From Hydrurus foetidus (Eukaryota): DNA of 64,000 nucleotides. A model generated the notes under the pieces. The model was not told the origin of the DNA, made no database searches, and was given only the letters and a program-made list of their open reading frames with translations. A program made the translations under genes and the position numbers. Shown in pieces: positions 9,672 through 19,331 of the stretch (the first letter of the stretch is position 1; each line of letters starts with the position of its first letter). The DNA is taken from positions 434,001 through 498,000 of the forward strand of contig UYFQ01000005.1 of the NCBI GenBank assembly GCA_900617105.1, given 5' to 3'.

Positions 9672-11336
9672 ATGAACACCCCTCACTTCCTCACCCAGCT
9701 CACCCCCTTTCGCCCACGCCTGATCTCGTCGCTCAAAGGCTACACCAGCGCACGGTTTTTGAAGGACGCAGGCGCAGGTTTGACGGTGGGCATCGTCGCG
9801 CTGCCATTGGCGATGGCGTTTGCGATTGCTTCGGGGCTGAAGCCTGAAGCCGGGCTGTGGACGGCCATCATCGGTGGCTTCATCGTGTCAGCCCTGGGCG
9901 GCTCGCTGGTGCAGATTGGCGGGCCAGCGGGCGCGTTCATCGTGATTGTTTACGGCATTGTGGAACGCTACGGGCTGGCCAACCTGTGGATTGCGACGGT
10001 GTGCGCAGGCGGGCTGCTGTTTGCAATGGGGCTGTTTGGCCTGGGGCGGCTGGTGCGCTATGTGCCCGTGCCCATCGTGATTGGCTTCACCAACGGCATT
10101 GCGGTGCTGATTGCGCTGTCGCAGGCCAAAGATTGGCTGGGGCTGGACATAGCGAAGATGCCGGGCGATTTTTTCTCGCAAGCCTTGGTGATTGCGCAGC
10201 ACCTGGGCAGCTTCAACCCTTACGCCTTTGCGCTCGGCACGGTGTGCGTGCTGGGGCTGGTGGTGTGGCCCCGGTTGTTCACGGCGGATTCGCGGTTTCG
10301 GGCGCTGTTTGCGCATTCACCAGCAGGCCATGTCGCGGGCTTGCAGCATGCGTTCAACAGCACCTCGCAAATCCCTGGGCCGGTGGTGGCGCTGGTCACG
10401 CTGTCGCTGCTGGCTTGGGGTTGGGGCTTGCCGGTGGAAACCATTGGCACGCGCTTTGGCGGTATTGCGCAAACCATTCCCGCGTTTGCCTTGCCTGATT
10501 TTTCGTGGGAAACGGTGAAGATGCTGGTCACGCCCACGCTGACGATTGCGCTCTTGGGGGCGATTGAATCGCTGCTGTGCGCCCGCGTGGCCGACCAGCT
10601 CAGCCACCTGCCCCCGCACGACTCAAACCAAGAGCTGATGGCGCAGGGCATTGCGAACATGGTGGTGCCGTTTTTTGGCGGGATGCCCGTCACCGGCACC
10701 ATCGCCCGCACCGTGACCAACCTGCGGGCCGGGGCCACGTCCCCGGTGGCTGGCATCGTCCATGCGGCGGCGCTGGCGGGCATTGTGCTGGTGGCCGCAC
10801 CACTGGCGCTGCACATCCCGCTGTCGGTGCTGGCGGGGATTTTGCTGTTCGTGGCGTGGAACATGGGCGAATGGCGCGAGTTTGTGCGGCTGCGGCAGTT
10901 CAGCAACCACTACCGGGCAATTTTGCTGGGCACCTTCGTCGTCACCGTGGTGTTTGATTTGACGGTGGCGCTGGAGGCCGGCATGGTGCTGGCCTGCGTG
11001 CTGTTTGTGCGGCGCATGAGTGCGCTGTTCCAGGTGGAAGAAATCAGCCGTGATGGCGCTGCGCTGCGTTACCGGCTGTACGGTGCGCTGTTTTTTGGCG
11101 CGGTGGCGCAGCTTGACCCACTGGTGAAGGTGATTGAGCACGGTGTTGCAGCCCCGCAGTTGACGCTCGATGCCTCACACCTGGTGGCGCTGGACACCAC
11201 CGGGCTGGACGCATTGACCCACCTGCTGGAAGCCGTGCTGGCCCGAGGTGGCTCGCTGTGCCTGTGCAACCTGAACCCCCAGCCGCGCTCGCTGATTGAG
11301 CGCTCAGGCTTGGGGGCCAAGCTGAGTTTCAGTTAA
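9672..11336 (+). CDS. SulP family anion permease with STAS domain
   Basis: ALPLAMAFAIASG, QIGGPAGA, ESLL, NQELMAQG; C-terminal LFFG and DTTG. Confidence 0.92.
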   Translation: MNTPHFLTQLTPFRPRLISSLKGYTSARFLKDAGAGLTVGIVALPLAMAFAIASGLKPEAGLWTAIIGGFIVSALGGSLVQIGGPAGAFIVIVYGIVERYGLANLWIATVCAGGLLFAMGLFGLGRLVRYVPVPIVIGFTNGIAVLIALSQAKDWLGLDIAKMPGDFFSQALVIAQHLGSFNPYAFALGTVCVLGLVVWPRLFTADSRFRALFAHSPAGHVAGLQHAFNSTSQIPGPVVALVTLSLLAWGWGLPVETIGTRFGGIAQTIPAFALPDFSWETVKMLVTPTLTIALLGAIESLLCARVADQLSHLPPHDSNQELMAQGIANMVVPFFGGMPVTGTIARTVTNLRAGATSPVAGIVHAAALAGIVLVAAPLALHIPLSVLAGILLFVAWNMGEWREFVRLRQFSNHYRAILLGTFVVTVVFDLTVALEAGMVLACVLFVRRMSALFQVEEISRDGAALRYRLYGALFFGAVAQLDPLVKVIEHGVAAPQLTLDASHLVALDTTGLDALTHLLEAVLARGGSLCLCNLNPQPRSLIERSGLGAKLSFS

Positions 11337-11340
11337 GAAC

Positions 11341-11393
11341 GCATCAAAATTGATAGCTGTACACACATATATTAAAAGCGCTACCGGGTATTC
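11341..11393 (+). repeat. dispersed AT-rich palindromic repeat, copy 2
   Basis: ATCAAAATTGATAGCTG...AAGCGCTA between convergent genes. Confidence 0.6.
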
Positions 11394-11398
11394 AGCGG

Positions 11399-11914
11399 TT
11401 ATTTCCCCTCTGCCTGTGGATCGTCTATCGAGCCCGTGGACACCACGCGCATGTCGCTGTTGAAAATCACGGTGAACAGTTTTTGTTGCACAGGTGGTTG
11501 CACCCAACGCCAGTCGTAATGGGTTTCGCGCTTCAATGAAAACGTCATGATTTTGGCGGGCTTGCCGAGCATTTTGCGCACGTCTTCCATCATCATGCCG
11601 GGTTCGATTTTGGCGAAGTTTTGCGGTGTCAGCACTTGGCGCAACGCACTCATCTTGCCGTCAGGGCCGATGGAGATCATGTAGTTGGTGCTGCCATTAG
11701 GCTGGCGGTTGTATTCAAAAACACGGGTGGCACCGCCATCACTGCCCGCACCGTCCCAAATTTTCTCAGGCTCACCAAACTTGGCACGCACATCGGCTTC
11801 GGTCGCAATGCCCTCTTCCAGCTCTTGGATGCGCTGCGAATCACAGCCCACCAACCCCAAAATGGCCGCCAAACTGAACATAAGCAACCCCTTCGTTGCG
11901 TAACCTTTGCGCAT
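11399..11914 (-). CDS. SmpA/OmlA (BamE-like) domain lipoprotein
   Basis: Lipobox LVGC; two SmpA-like repeats (DVRAKFGEP; GMMMEDVRKMLGKP). Confidence 0.7.
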   Translation of the reverse strand: MRKGYATKGLLMFSLAAILGLVGCDSQRIQELEEGIATEADVRAKFGEPEKIWDGAGSDGGATRVFEYNRQPNGSTNYMISIGPDGKMSALRQVLTPQNFAKIEPGMMMEDVRKMLGKPAKIMTFSLKRETHYDWRWVQPPVQQKLFTVIFNSDMRVVSTGSIDDPQAEGK

Positions 11915-11988
11915 AGTGAAATTCCTTCGTGAAGATGAACCCAAGCCTAACGGCTGGGGCCGGTAAAATAGCGACAAAGGTTCACAAC

Positions 11989-12204
11989 ATGTCCATCCTC
12001 AGCGCAATTTTTCAACGTCCTCACTATAAATCTGAGATCAGCCACTTCATTGACGAGCTGAAAGCCAAAAAGCCTACGCTTGAAGCCGAGCAATTGGCTG
12101 GCCGTGCCTTGCTGTGGGACAAACAGGTTGACCGCAGTGCCCAAGCTGACTTTCTGGACGCCAAAGAGCCCCAAAAGCCTTACGTTTACCAGACAAAGGC
12201 TTAA
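11989..12204 (+). CDS. DUF3460-like small protein
   Basis: YKSEISHFIDELK...GRALLWDK...PYVYQ; lies upstream of scpA. Confidence 0.75.
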   Translation: MSILSAIFQRPHYKSEISHFIDELKAKKPTLEAEQLAGRALLWDKQVDRSAQADFLDAKEPQKPYVYQTKA

Positions 12205-12248
12205 GCCTGTCTGGTCGTTGGCGTAGCTTTTCGTAGCGTTCTTTAGCT

Positions 12249-13094
12249 TTGTCAGAGCCTCTCCTCCCGGTGGTTGACGAGGCACTGCTCGCGGCCATGC
12301 CCCAGGTAGTCGACCGGGTGGCGATGGCTCGCCTTTACGGCGAACCCCTGTTCGCATTGCCAAACGACCTCTACATCCCGCCCGACGCGCTAGAGATTTT
12401 TCTGGAAGCCTTTGAAGGCCCACTGGACTTGCTGCTCTACCTGATCCGCAAGCAAAATTTCAACATCCTCGACATCCCGATGGCCGCGCTCACGCGCCAG
12501 TACCTGAGCTATGTGGACGAAATTCGCACCCGCAATTTAGAGCTGGCGGCTGAATACCTGCTGATGGCCGCGATGCTGATCGAGATCAAGTCACGCATGT
12601 TGCTGCCCCCCAAAAAGGTGGCCGAAGGCGCAGAGCCTGAAGACCCCCGCGCCGCACTGGTGCGCCGTCTGCTGGAATACGAGAAGATGAAACTCAGCGC
12701 CGCACGCCTGAATGCGCTGCCTCACTTTGGCCGCGATTTTTTGCGCGCTGATGTGTTCATCGAACAAGCGCTTCAGCCACGCTTTCCCGACGTGCATGTG
12801 GACGAGTTGCGCGAGGCTTGGGCGTCCATCATGAAACGGGCCAAGCTCGTTCAAACCCACAAAATCACCCGCGAAGAACTCAGCGTGCGCGAGCACATGA
12901 CGCTGGTGCTGAAGGCGCTACAAGGGCACAAGTTTGTCGAGTTTGAAAAGCTGTTTGACGCTAGCAAAGGCGTGCCCGTGCTGGTCGTCACCTTCATCGC
13001 ACTGCTGGAACTGGGCAAAGAAACACTGGTAGAGATCACCCAGGCTGAGGCGTTTGCCCCGATTTACGTGCGGCTGGCGTACTCACCGCGCTGA
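12249..13094 (+). CDS. scpA: segregation and condensation protein A
   Basis: FEGPLDLLLYLI, EYLLMAA, IKSRMLLP, FIALLEL. Confidence 0.93.
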   Translation: MSEPLLPVVDEALLAAMPQVVDRVAMARLYGEPLFALPNDLYIPPDALEIFLEAFEGPLDLLLYLIRKQNFNILDIPMAALTRQYLSYVDEIRTRNLELAAEYLLMAAMLIEIKSRMLLPPKKVAEGAEPEDPRAALVRRLLEYEKMKLSAARLNALPHFGRDFLRADVFIEQALQPRFPDVHVDELREAWASIMKRAKLVQTHKITREELSVREHMTLVLKALQGHKFVEFEKLFDASKGVPVLVVTFIALLELGKETLVEITQAEAFAPIYVRLAYSPR

Positions 13095-14330
13095 GTCAAC
13101 CACGGGCAGACTGTTGACCTCCGGGCGCGCCTGCAACTTGCGGTAAAGCGTGCCACGCGACACCCCCAACGCCCTGGCGGCTTTGGAAATATTGCCCGAG
13201 CAGGCCAAGAGCGTGCTTTCAATCAACTGAAGACTGTGGTCTTCCAGCGTGGCGGGAGACTCTGAGGCTATGGGCTCCGGGGCCAACGGCTGAGGAAGAT
13301 TGTGAGGCGGCTGCAGGGGTTCAGGCGCTAGCGCCACGGCATGTGCCACGGCATGGCCAAAATCCACACCATCACGGGCCTGCAATACGGCCTGCACCCA
13401 CACCCTCAAACCACTGGGCAAGCGCAGCGACTGTGCACAAGACGTGCGAACCCATTGCAGCAGCTGCGACAAGCTGAGGTTGAAGACCGTATCGACGCCA
13501 CACGGCAACGCGCCAGACGGTGTGTTGGTCAACCGGGTGGCCACGCTGTTCAGCCAAGCCACTTGGCCATCGGCGGTGATGCCCGCTAACGCCTCCATGG
13601 GGGTCCCCAGCAAGGTCGCGTTGGCCTGAAACCGCAGGATCAAATGCTCTTGCGATTGCGTTTGCAACAGCCGGTTTTCGATCATGGTGGCGTACATGCC
13701 CACCACCGAAGCGGCATCAAAACCAAAGGCCCGCGCCTCAATCGACAAATCCAACACAGCCGCCAATTTACCGTGAACATCACGTATCGGGGCGGCTGCG
13801 CAATGGAAGGTTTGCAGACAGTCAAAAAAATGTTCCGCCCCCGTGACCACACAGGCCTGCCCGGTTTTGGCGACGATGCCAGGGGCCGTGGTGCCAACTG
13901 CCCCCTCTGCAATATTGACCCCGACCCTGGAAGCTGTCTTCAGCAAGGGCTGCGCACAGGCAAACGGGTCTTGCGTGGCATGGACGATGACGCCTTGTGG
14001 ATCGGTCAGCAACACCCGGCAATCGGTGCCGACCAAAGAGGCCTCTAACACCGACAGTTCGGGGCTGGCGGCCTCCAGCAACTGCCGGTTAAGGCGCAAT
14101 GTGGCGTGCAAGCGGCTGGACGTGACAGCGTTGAAAGCGAGTTGCTTGGAAGCAGGTTCATGCGTGGCATGGCAACGCATCCACGACTGAATCACCGCCT
14201 CACCCACCAAACCGGAGGGACGCATACCTTCCTCAAAAAACTGCTGTCGCGCCAAGGCTGTACGCTGGGCTGGCGTTTGAAAAAAGAGCTGGCGAGGCAC
14301 ACTGCCGCTGGCGTTGAGCATGGAAGACAT
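13083..14330 (-). CDS. GAF-domain, Fis-type HTH transcriptional regulator (AcoR-like, no evident AAA+ domain)
   Basis: SWMRC, GTTAPG, GAEHF, CAAAPI GAF motifs; C-terminal GNISKAARALGVSRGTLYRKL. Confidence 0.8.
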   Translation of the reverse strand: MSSMLNASGSVPRQLFFQTPAQRTALARQQFFEEGMRPSGLVGEAVIQSWMRCHATHEPASKQLAFNAVTSSRLHATLRLNRQLLEAASPELSVLEASLVGTDCRVLLTDPQGVIVHATQDPFACAQPLLKTASRVGVNIAEGAVGTTAPGIVAKTGQACVVTGAEHFFDCLQTFHCAAAPIRDVHGKLAAVLDLSIEARAFGFDAASVVGMYATMIENRLLQTQSQEHLILRFQANATLLGTPMEALAGITADGQVAWLNSVATRLTNTPSGALPCGVDTVFNLSLSQLLQWVRTSCAQSLRLPSGLRVWVQAVLQARDGVDFGHAVAHAVALAPEPLQPPHNLPQPLAPEPIASESPATLEDHSLQLIESTLLACSGNISKAARALGVSRGTLYRKLQARPEVNSLPVVDSAR

Positions 14331-14621
14331 GGTGAATGAGAGGTGATTCACGGCGCTTCAGGGTGGCGCAAACACACGCGTGCCTGCGCACGCCATACGC
14401 CTTGCCGCAGGGGTACACAGGCCTGAAGGTGTGCCATCTTAGGCGAATTACCCCCAAGGCACCAGACGGTTCAGAAGGATTGTTCCGCAATAGAACACTA
14501 TCGCGCCAGGGTATTCCCGAAGGTTAAAAGCCAGGGGAATATCGTGACACTTCATAAGGTGTGCAGCGGGTGTGATGGCCATACCCGTAACACAGCAGAT
14601 CAACATAACTGGAGACAAAGC

Positions 14622-16289
14622 ATGGTGCAGATTCGTTCACTGGTGGGTGGCGTGATGGCGGTAGCGCTGATGGCTGGCGCACAGGCGCAAAGTCTGGAAG
14701 CGCTCAAGCAAGACGCTAAAAGCACAGACGATGTGTTGACTTACGGCATGGGCTACAACAACCAACGCTACAGTCCGCTGAAACTGATCAACAGCCGCAA
14801 TGTGGCAAAGATGACGGCCAAGTGGAGCTACAGCCTGAACAACCCGCAAGGCCAGGAATCGCAACCCATCGTGTTTGACGGCGTGATGTATGTGACCACC
14901 CACAACACCACCGTGGCACTTGATCCGCTCACGGGTAAACAGCTCTGGAAGCAAGACATCGAGCTGCCACAAGACGTTTTTAAAATGGCCTGCTGCGGCA
15001 TTGTGAACCGGGGTGCTGCCATTCTTGACGGCAAGCTGTTCCGCGCCACACTGGATGCTCACGTCATCGCGCTGGACGCTAAAACCGGCAAACAACTCTG
15101 GAAAAGCAAGGCTGCTGACTACAAAGATGGCCAAGCCATGACCGGTGCGCCACTAATAGCCAATGGTGTCGTCATCACCGGCATTGCAGGTGGTGAATAC
15201 GGCACACGCGGCTTCATCGACGGCTGGGAACCCGCCACCGGCAAGAAGCTGTGGCGCATTTACACCACGGCGGCACCGGGCGAAAAAGGTGGCGACACCT
15301 GGCCCGGCGACACCGCGATGAAGGGCGGTGCGCCTACTTGGTTGACCGGTGCGTATGACCCGGAACTTGACCTCGTTTACTGGGGCACCGGCAACGGCGG
15401 CCCGTGGAACGCCGAAGCCCGCAAGGGCGACAACCTGTACGTGGACTCGGTGCTGGCGATTCGCCCTAGCACGGGCGAGCTGGTGTGGCATTACCAGTTT
15501 TCACCTAACGATCTGTACGACTACGACGCAACGGAAGTCGGCATGCTGGTGGACATGAAAATCAATGGTGAGAACAAAAAAGTGCTCACGCAAGCCAACC
15601 GCAACGGCTTCTTTTACGTGCTTGACCGCACCAACGGCAAACTGCTGGCCGCCAACCCCTATGTGAAGGTCAACTGGGCCGACAAGATCGACTTGGCTAC
15701 GGGTCGCCCGGTGGAATCTGACGTGACCAAACGCATCCGTGCAGGGGGTGATGAAGAAGTATGGCCATCGGTGGTGGGTGGCAAAAACTGGACGCCCATG
15801 TCATGGAACCCCTCCACCGGCTTGGCCTACGCTAACACGCTCAACATGAGCTGGCCTTACCAACTGGTCAAGCCGGAATACAAGCGTGGCGAGTGGTACT
15901 TGGGTGTCAACTTCAGGGGTGTCACCATGCCCAAAGACCAGCCCCACGGCTACCTGAGCGCCATTGACCCGATGACGGGCAAAAGCAAGTGGCAAATGGC
16001 GTGGCCCGGCTTGCCCAGCATGGCGGGCACCTTGTCCACCGGCGGTGATTTGGTCTTCACTGGCGCGGCAACGGGTGAGTTCATGGCGGTGAACGCCAAC
16101 ACTGGCGAAAAACTGTGGCAGTTCCAAACCGGCTCCGGCATCATCGGCCTGCCGGTCACGTGGTCGCAGAATGGAAAGCAATACGTCTCGGTCGTCTCGG
16201 GTGCAGGTGGCGTCTGGGGTTTGCTGGGGGACGAGCGCATGGCCAGTGTGCCGGCGGGTGGCTCGGTGTGGACGTTTGAGGTGCGTTGA
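14622..16289 (+). CDS. PQQ-dependent alcohol dehydrogenase (methanol/ethanol family)
   Basis: Signal peptide, QRYSPL, adjacent CC (ACCGIVNRG), GGEYG, YWGTGN, YDYD, RNGFFY; GGAG RBS upstream. Confidence 0.92.
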   Translation: MVQIRSLVGGVMAVALMAGAQAQSLEALKQDAKSTDDVLTYGMGYNNQRYSPLKLINSRNVAKMTAKWSYSLNNPQGQESQPIVFDGVMYVTTHNTTVALDPLTGKQLWKQDIELPQDVFKMACCGIVNRGAAILDGKLFRATLDAHVIALDAKTGKQLWKSKAADYKDGQAMTGAPLIANGVVITGIAGGEYGTRGFIDGWEPATGKKLWRIYTTAAPGEKGGDTWPGDTAMKGGAPTWLTGAYDPELDLVYWGTGNGGPWNAEARKGDNLYVDSVLAIRPSTGELVWHYQFSPNDLYDYDATEVGMLVDMKINGENKKVLTQANRNGFFYVLDRTNGKLLAANPYVKVNWADKIDLATGRPVESDVTKRIRAGGDEEVWPSVVGGKNWTPMSWNPSTGLAYANTLNMSWPYQLVKPEYKRGEWYLGVNFRGVTMPKDQPHGYLSAIDPMTGKSKWQMAWPGLPSMAGTLSTGGDLVFTGAATGEFMAVNANTGEKLWQFQTGSGIIGLPVTWSQNGKQYVSVVSGAGGVWGLLGDERMASVPAGGSVWTFEVR

Positions 16290-16654
16290 ACGTGCGAAAA
16301 ACCTTAGCGATCATCTCCCTGAGACTTCCCGCTATCGCGGGCTTCGTGACGCTGACGCTAGCGGGTATCGCGCACGCACAAACCTCACCCGCGGTGAGGT
16401 TTACTGCCGTGTCCATCGAAAAGGGCAAAGCCCTTTTCGAGCGCACCTGTGTGCAGTGTCATGGGCGAAACATGGTGAACGCAGGCACCACGGTGTATGA
16501 CCTGCGGCGCTTCCCGGTGGACGAGCCCGAGCGCTTTGTGCAGTCCGTGACCAAAGGCAAAGGCAATATGCCCTCGTTTGGCGAGACCTTCGCCGCTGAT
16601 GAGGTAAAGCTGCTGTGGGCCTATGTCGGCTCGCGCGGTGGGAAGGAGCCCTGA
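16286..16654 (+). CDS. c-type cytochrome (probable partner of the PQQ dehydrogenase)
   Basis: CVQCH heme motif, MPSF axial Met, signal peptide. Confidence 0.88.
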   Translation: MNVRKTLAIISLRLPAIAGFVTLTLAGIAHAQTSPAVRFTAVSIEKGKALFERTCVQCHGRNMVNAGTTVYDLRRFPVDEPERFVQSVTKGKGNMPSFGETFAADEVKLLWAYVGSRGGKEP

Positions 16655-16659
16655 AGCGC

Positions 16660-17610
16660 ATGGAACGGAAGAACAGAATGAACCTAATCACCCCTATCAA
16701 GCAATGTTTACCGGCGCTGTCTGCGGCCTTGATGCTGGCGGTAGCCCCTGCGTTGTGGGCACAGCCGTTGTCTGTGTGCGTCAGCGCCGACAGCCCACCG
16801 CAGTCGTCTGCCCAGCCAGGGGGCAAGGTCACGGGGTTTGACGTTCAACTGGCACAGGCCATCGCCCAAGCCTTGGGCCGTGAACTGAAGCTCGTGCCCT
16901 TTGATTCGGAGTACGAGAAGGAATCCACCCTGGCGCACGAGGTCAACGCCTTGTTGTCGTCAGGGGTGTGTGATCTGGTCAGTGGCTTTCCGCTGGTGCA
17001 ATCTGACCTGGGGCCACCGTCGCGTGCGGCGGCACGCACGCCAGACTACCCCGGCGCAAAGCGCAAACGCGAGCGCCCATTTGTACCTTTGGGCGCCTTG
17101 GCAGCGAGCCGAGCCTACCAAACCAGCACGCTCGCGGTGGTGCTGAAAGCTGACGCACCGCCCGTGTCAGCCTTGCTTGACCTGCAAGGTCGAAAAATTG
17201 GCGCTGTACCGGGCACCTTGGGAGGAACGCTGGTCAGCCTGTACAAGAACGGCGCTTTGCGCTCAGGCATGGTGTCGCTCACCCAGCGCGAAGACCCCTG
17301 GGCTGCGCTGGCATCTGGCCGTGTGGATGCCTTGGTGGTGCCCAGTGCGTTCTTTGACGCTTACCGCTTGGAACAACCACAGACCACGCTGGTTTTGGCC
17401 AGCTACCAGAGGCCTGTGGGCATCAATTTGGGTTTTGCAGCGCTGGCCTCACAAAGCCAGCTGCTGACAACCGTCAACCAAGTGATTGGATTGGCCCTGA
17501 CAGATGGCAGCATGGTGAGTTGGGCACACCGCACCGGGCTGAGCTGGCAAGCACCCGTACAACCTGACGTGTCGGCAGCGGTGACACTGCAAAGCCTGGT
17601 TTCGGATTGA
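16660..17610 (+). CDS. periplasmic substrate-binding protein (MxaJ/XoxJ-like position)
   Basis: LSVC, GFDVQLAQAIA, G.CDLV family-3 SBP motifs; operonic with the ADH and cytochrome. Confidence 0.75.
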   Translation: MERKNRMNLITPIKQCLPALSAALMLAVAPALWAQPLSVCVSADSPPQSSAQPGGKVTGFDVQLAQAIAQALGRELKLVPFDSEYEKESTLAHEVNALLSSGVCDLVSGFPLVQSDLGPPSRAAARTPDYPGAKRKRERPFVPLGALAASRAYQTSTLAVVLKADAPPVSALLDLQGRKIGAVPGTLGGTLVSLYKNGALRSGMVSLTQREDPWAALASGRVDALVVPSAFFDAYRLEQPQTTLVLASYQRPVGINLGFAALASQSQLLTTVNQVIGLALTDGSMVSWAHRTGLSWQAPVQPDVSAAVTLQSLVSD

Positions 17611-17664
17611 GTCGAACGGTGCTCGCAGGGCTTATGCGGCTTTATGGGGCCTAGTGCGGCAACA

Positions 17665-17693
17665 GACATCCTCCGGCAAAGCCGGAGGATGTC
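17665..17693. terminator. perfect 13-bp hairpin between convergent genes
   Basis: GACATCCTCCGGC-AAA-GCCGGAGGATGTC; no U-tract. Confidence 0.5.
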
Positions 17694-17709
17694 GTACCGG
17701 ATTAACCGT

Positions 17710-19326
17710 TCAGCGCAGTCGCAGCAGCAGCGCAGCCGTAGACGCATCCAACCCGCCCACATCGCCCGTGGCCAAGCGGCCTTCGATGTCTTTGGCCAGC
17801 ACCTTGCCCAGCTCCACGCCCCACTGGTCAAAACTGTTGATGCCCCACAGCGCCCCACTGACAAACACCCGGTGCTCGTACAGAGCGATGAAAGCACCCA
17901 AGCTCTCTGGGGTCAGCGACTCCAGCACAAAGAAGGTGCTGGGCCGGTTGCCCGGGAAATCTTTGTGACCACCCGCATCCGCCTTGCCCAGCAGCAGTGC
18001 CTGCGCTTGGGCCAGCGCGTTCGCCAGCAACTTGGGCTGGTGGCCGGGCAAGCTGTGCATGGCTTGTTTGACGGCGATGAACTCCACGGGGATCACATCC
18101 GTGCCCTGGTGCAGCATCTGAAAATAGGCGTGCTGCCCGTTGGTGCCCGGCTCGCCCCACAGCACGGGTGACGTGCCAAACGGCAGCGGCTGGCCCTGCG
18201 CATCGACGCGCTTGCCGTTGCTTTCCATCTCCAGCTGCTGAAAGTACGCGGGCAAGCGGCGCAAAGCACTGTGGTACGGCGCGATGCAGCGGCTGGTGAA
18301 GCCGTGGAAATTGCGGTACCACAGGTCCAGCAGCCCCAAGCGCACCGGCAGGTTTTGCGCCAGCGGGGCGGTGCGAAAGTGCTCGTCCATCGCGTGAGCA
18401 CCGGCCAAAAAGCCACGGAAACCGTCCGCGCCCACAGCAATCGCCAAAGGCAAGCCAATGGCTGACCACATCGAGTAGCGCCCGCCCACCCAGTCCCAAA
18501 AACCAAAGGTGGTGCTGATGCCAAAGGCATTCGCCGCCGCCACATTGGTCGTCAAAGCAGCAAAGTGGCGGGCAATGTCGGTGCCGCCGTTCGCCGCAAA
18601 CCACGCCTTGGCCGAAGCCGCGTTGGTCATGGTCTCCGTCGTGGTGAAGGTTTTGGAGGCAATCAAAAACAGCGTGCTTTCAGGCCGCACCTTCGCCAAC
18701 ACCCCGGCCAGCTCATGGCCATCGACGTTAGAGACGAAGTGGATGCGCCGCTTGGCATCCGCGAACGCATCCAGCGCCAGCACCGCCATTTGCGGGCCCA
18801 AATCGGAGCCACCGATGCCAATGTTGACGATATCGGTGATGGCCGCATCCGCACGCACCTGCTCAGCGTAGCGCAGCATCGCATCCAGCGTGGTGTGAAC
18901 ATCGCTCAACGCATTTGCTACAAAATCAGGAGCTATCGAAGCATACCCAGTATGCGGTGAAGGCGATAAAGGTGCTAAAGATATCAAAGAAGAGGGATGG
19001 CGCAGCAAATAATGCATCACCGCACGGTCTTCGGTGCCATTGATCGCCTCACCGGCAAACATCGCATCGCGGTGCTGCGCCAAACCACACTGCTCGGCCA
19101 GTTGCAGCAGCAGGGCTTCGGTGGGTGCGTCGATCCGGTTTTTGGACAAATCAGCAAAGATGTGCGGTGCGCTTTGGCTTAAGCGCGCCACGCGCTGGGC
19201 ATCATCAGCCAAGGCGGTGCGGGCATCAAAGCTGCGGCCTGTGGCCTCAAACTGTGCGCTCAACTGGCCCCAAGCGGAGGTACGGTCGCAACGGGTGAGG
19301 GGCACAGAGGTCATAGGGGCAGTCAT
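17710..19326 (-). CDS. pgi: glucose-6-phosphate isomerase
   Basis: GIGGSDLGP, ASKTFTT, WVGGRYS, QQLEMESNGK, FDQWGVELGK. Confidence 0.96.
   Translation of the reverse strand: MTAPMTSVPLTRCDRTSAWGQLSAQFEATGRSFDARTALADDAQRVARLSQSAPHIFADLSKNRIDAPTEALLLQLAEQCGLAQHRDAMFAGEAINGTEDRAVMHYLLRHPSSLISLAPLSPSPHTGYASIAPDFVANALSDVHTTLDAMLRYAEQVRADAAITDIVNIGIGGSDLGPQMAVLALDAFADAKRRIHFVSNVDGHELAGVLAKVRPESTLFLIASKTFTTTETMTNAASAKAWFAANGGTDIARHFAALTTNVAAANAFGISTTFGFWDWVGGRYSMWSAIGLPLAIAVGADGFRGFLAGAHAMDEHFRTAPLAQNLPVRLGLLDLWYRNFHGFTSRCIAPYHSALRRLPAYFQQLEMESNGKRVDAQGQPLPFGTSPVLWGEPGTNGQHAYFQMLHQGTDVIPVEFIAVKQAMHSLPGHQPKLLANALAQAQALLLGKADAGGHKDFPGNRPSTFFVLESLTPESLGAFIALYEHRVFVSGALWGINSFDQWGVELGKVLAKDIEGRLATGDVGGLDASTAALLLRLR
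18917..18980 (+). repeat. dispersed AT-rich palindromic repeat, copy 3, in frame inside pgi
   Basis: GCTACAAAATCAGGAGCT..GCATAC-CCA-GTATGC..AGGCGATAAAGG; locally low GC. Confidence 0.65.
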
Positions 19327-19331
19327 GGGCT

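Noticed and set aside
14340..14620. Sigma54 promoter for the PQQ-ADH operon
   Set aside because: No convincing TGGCAC-N5-TTGC match
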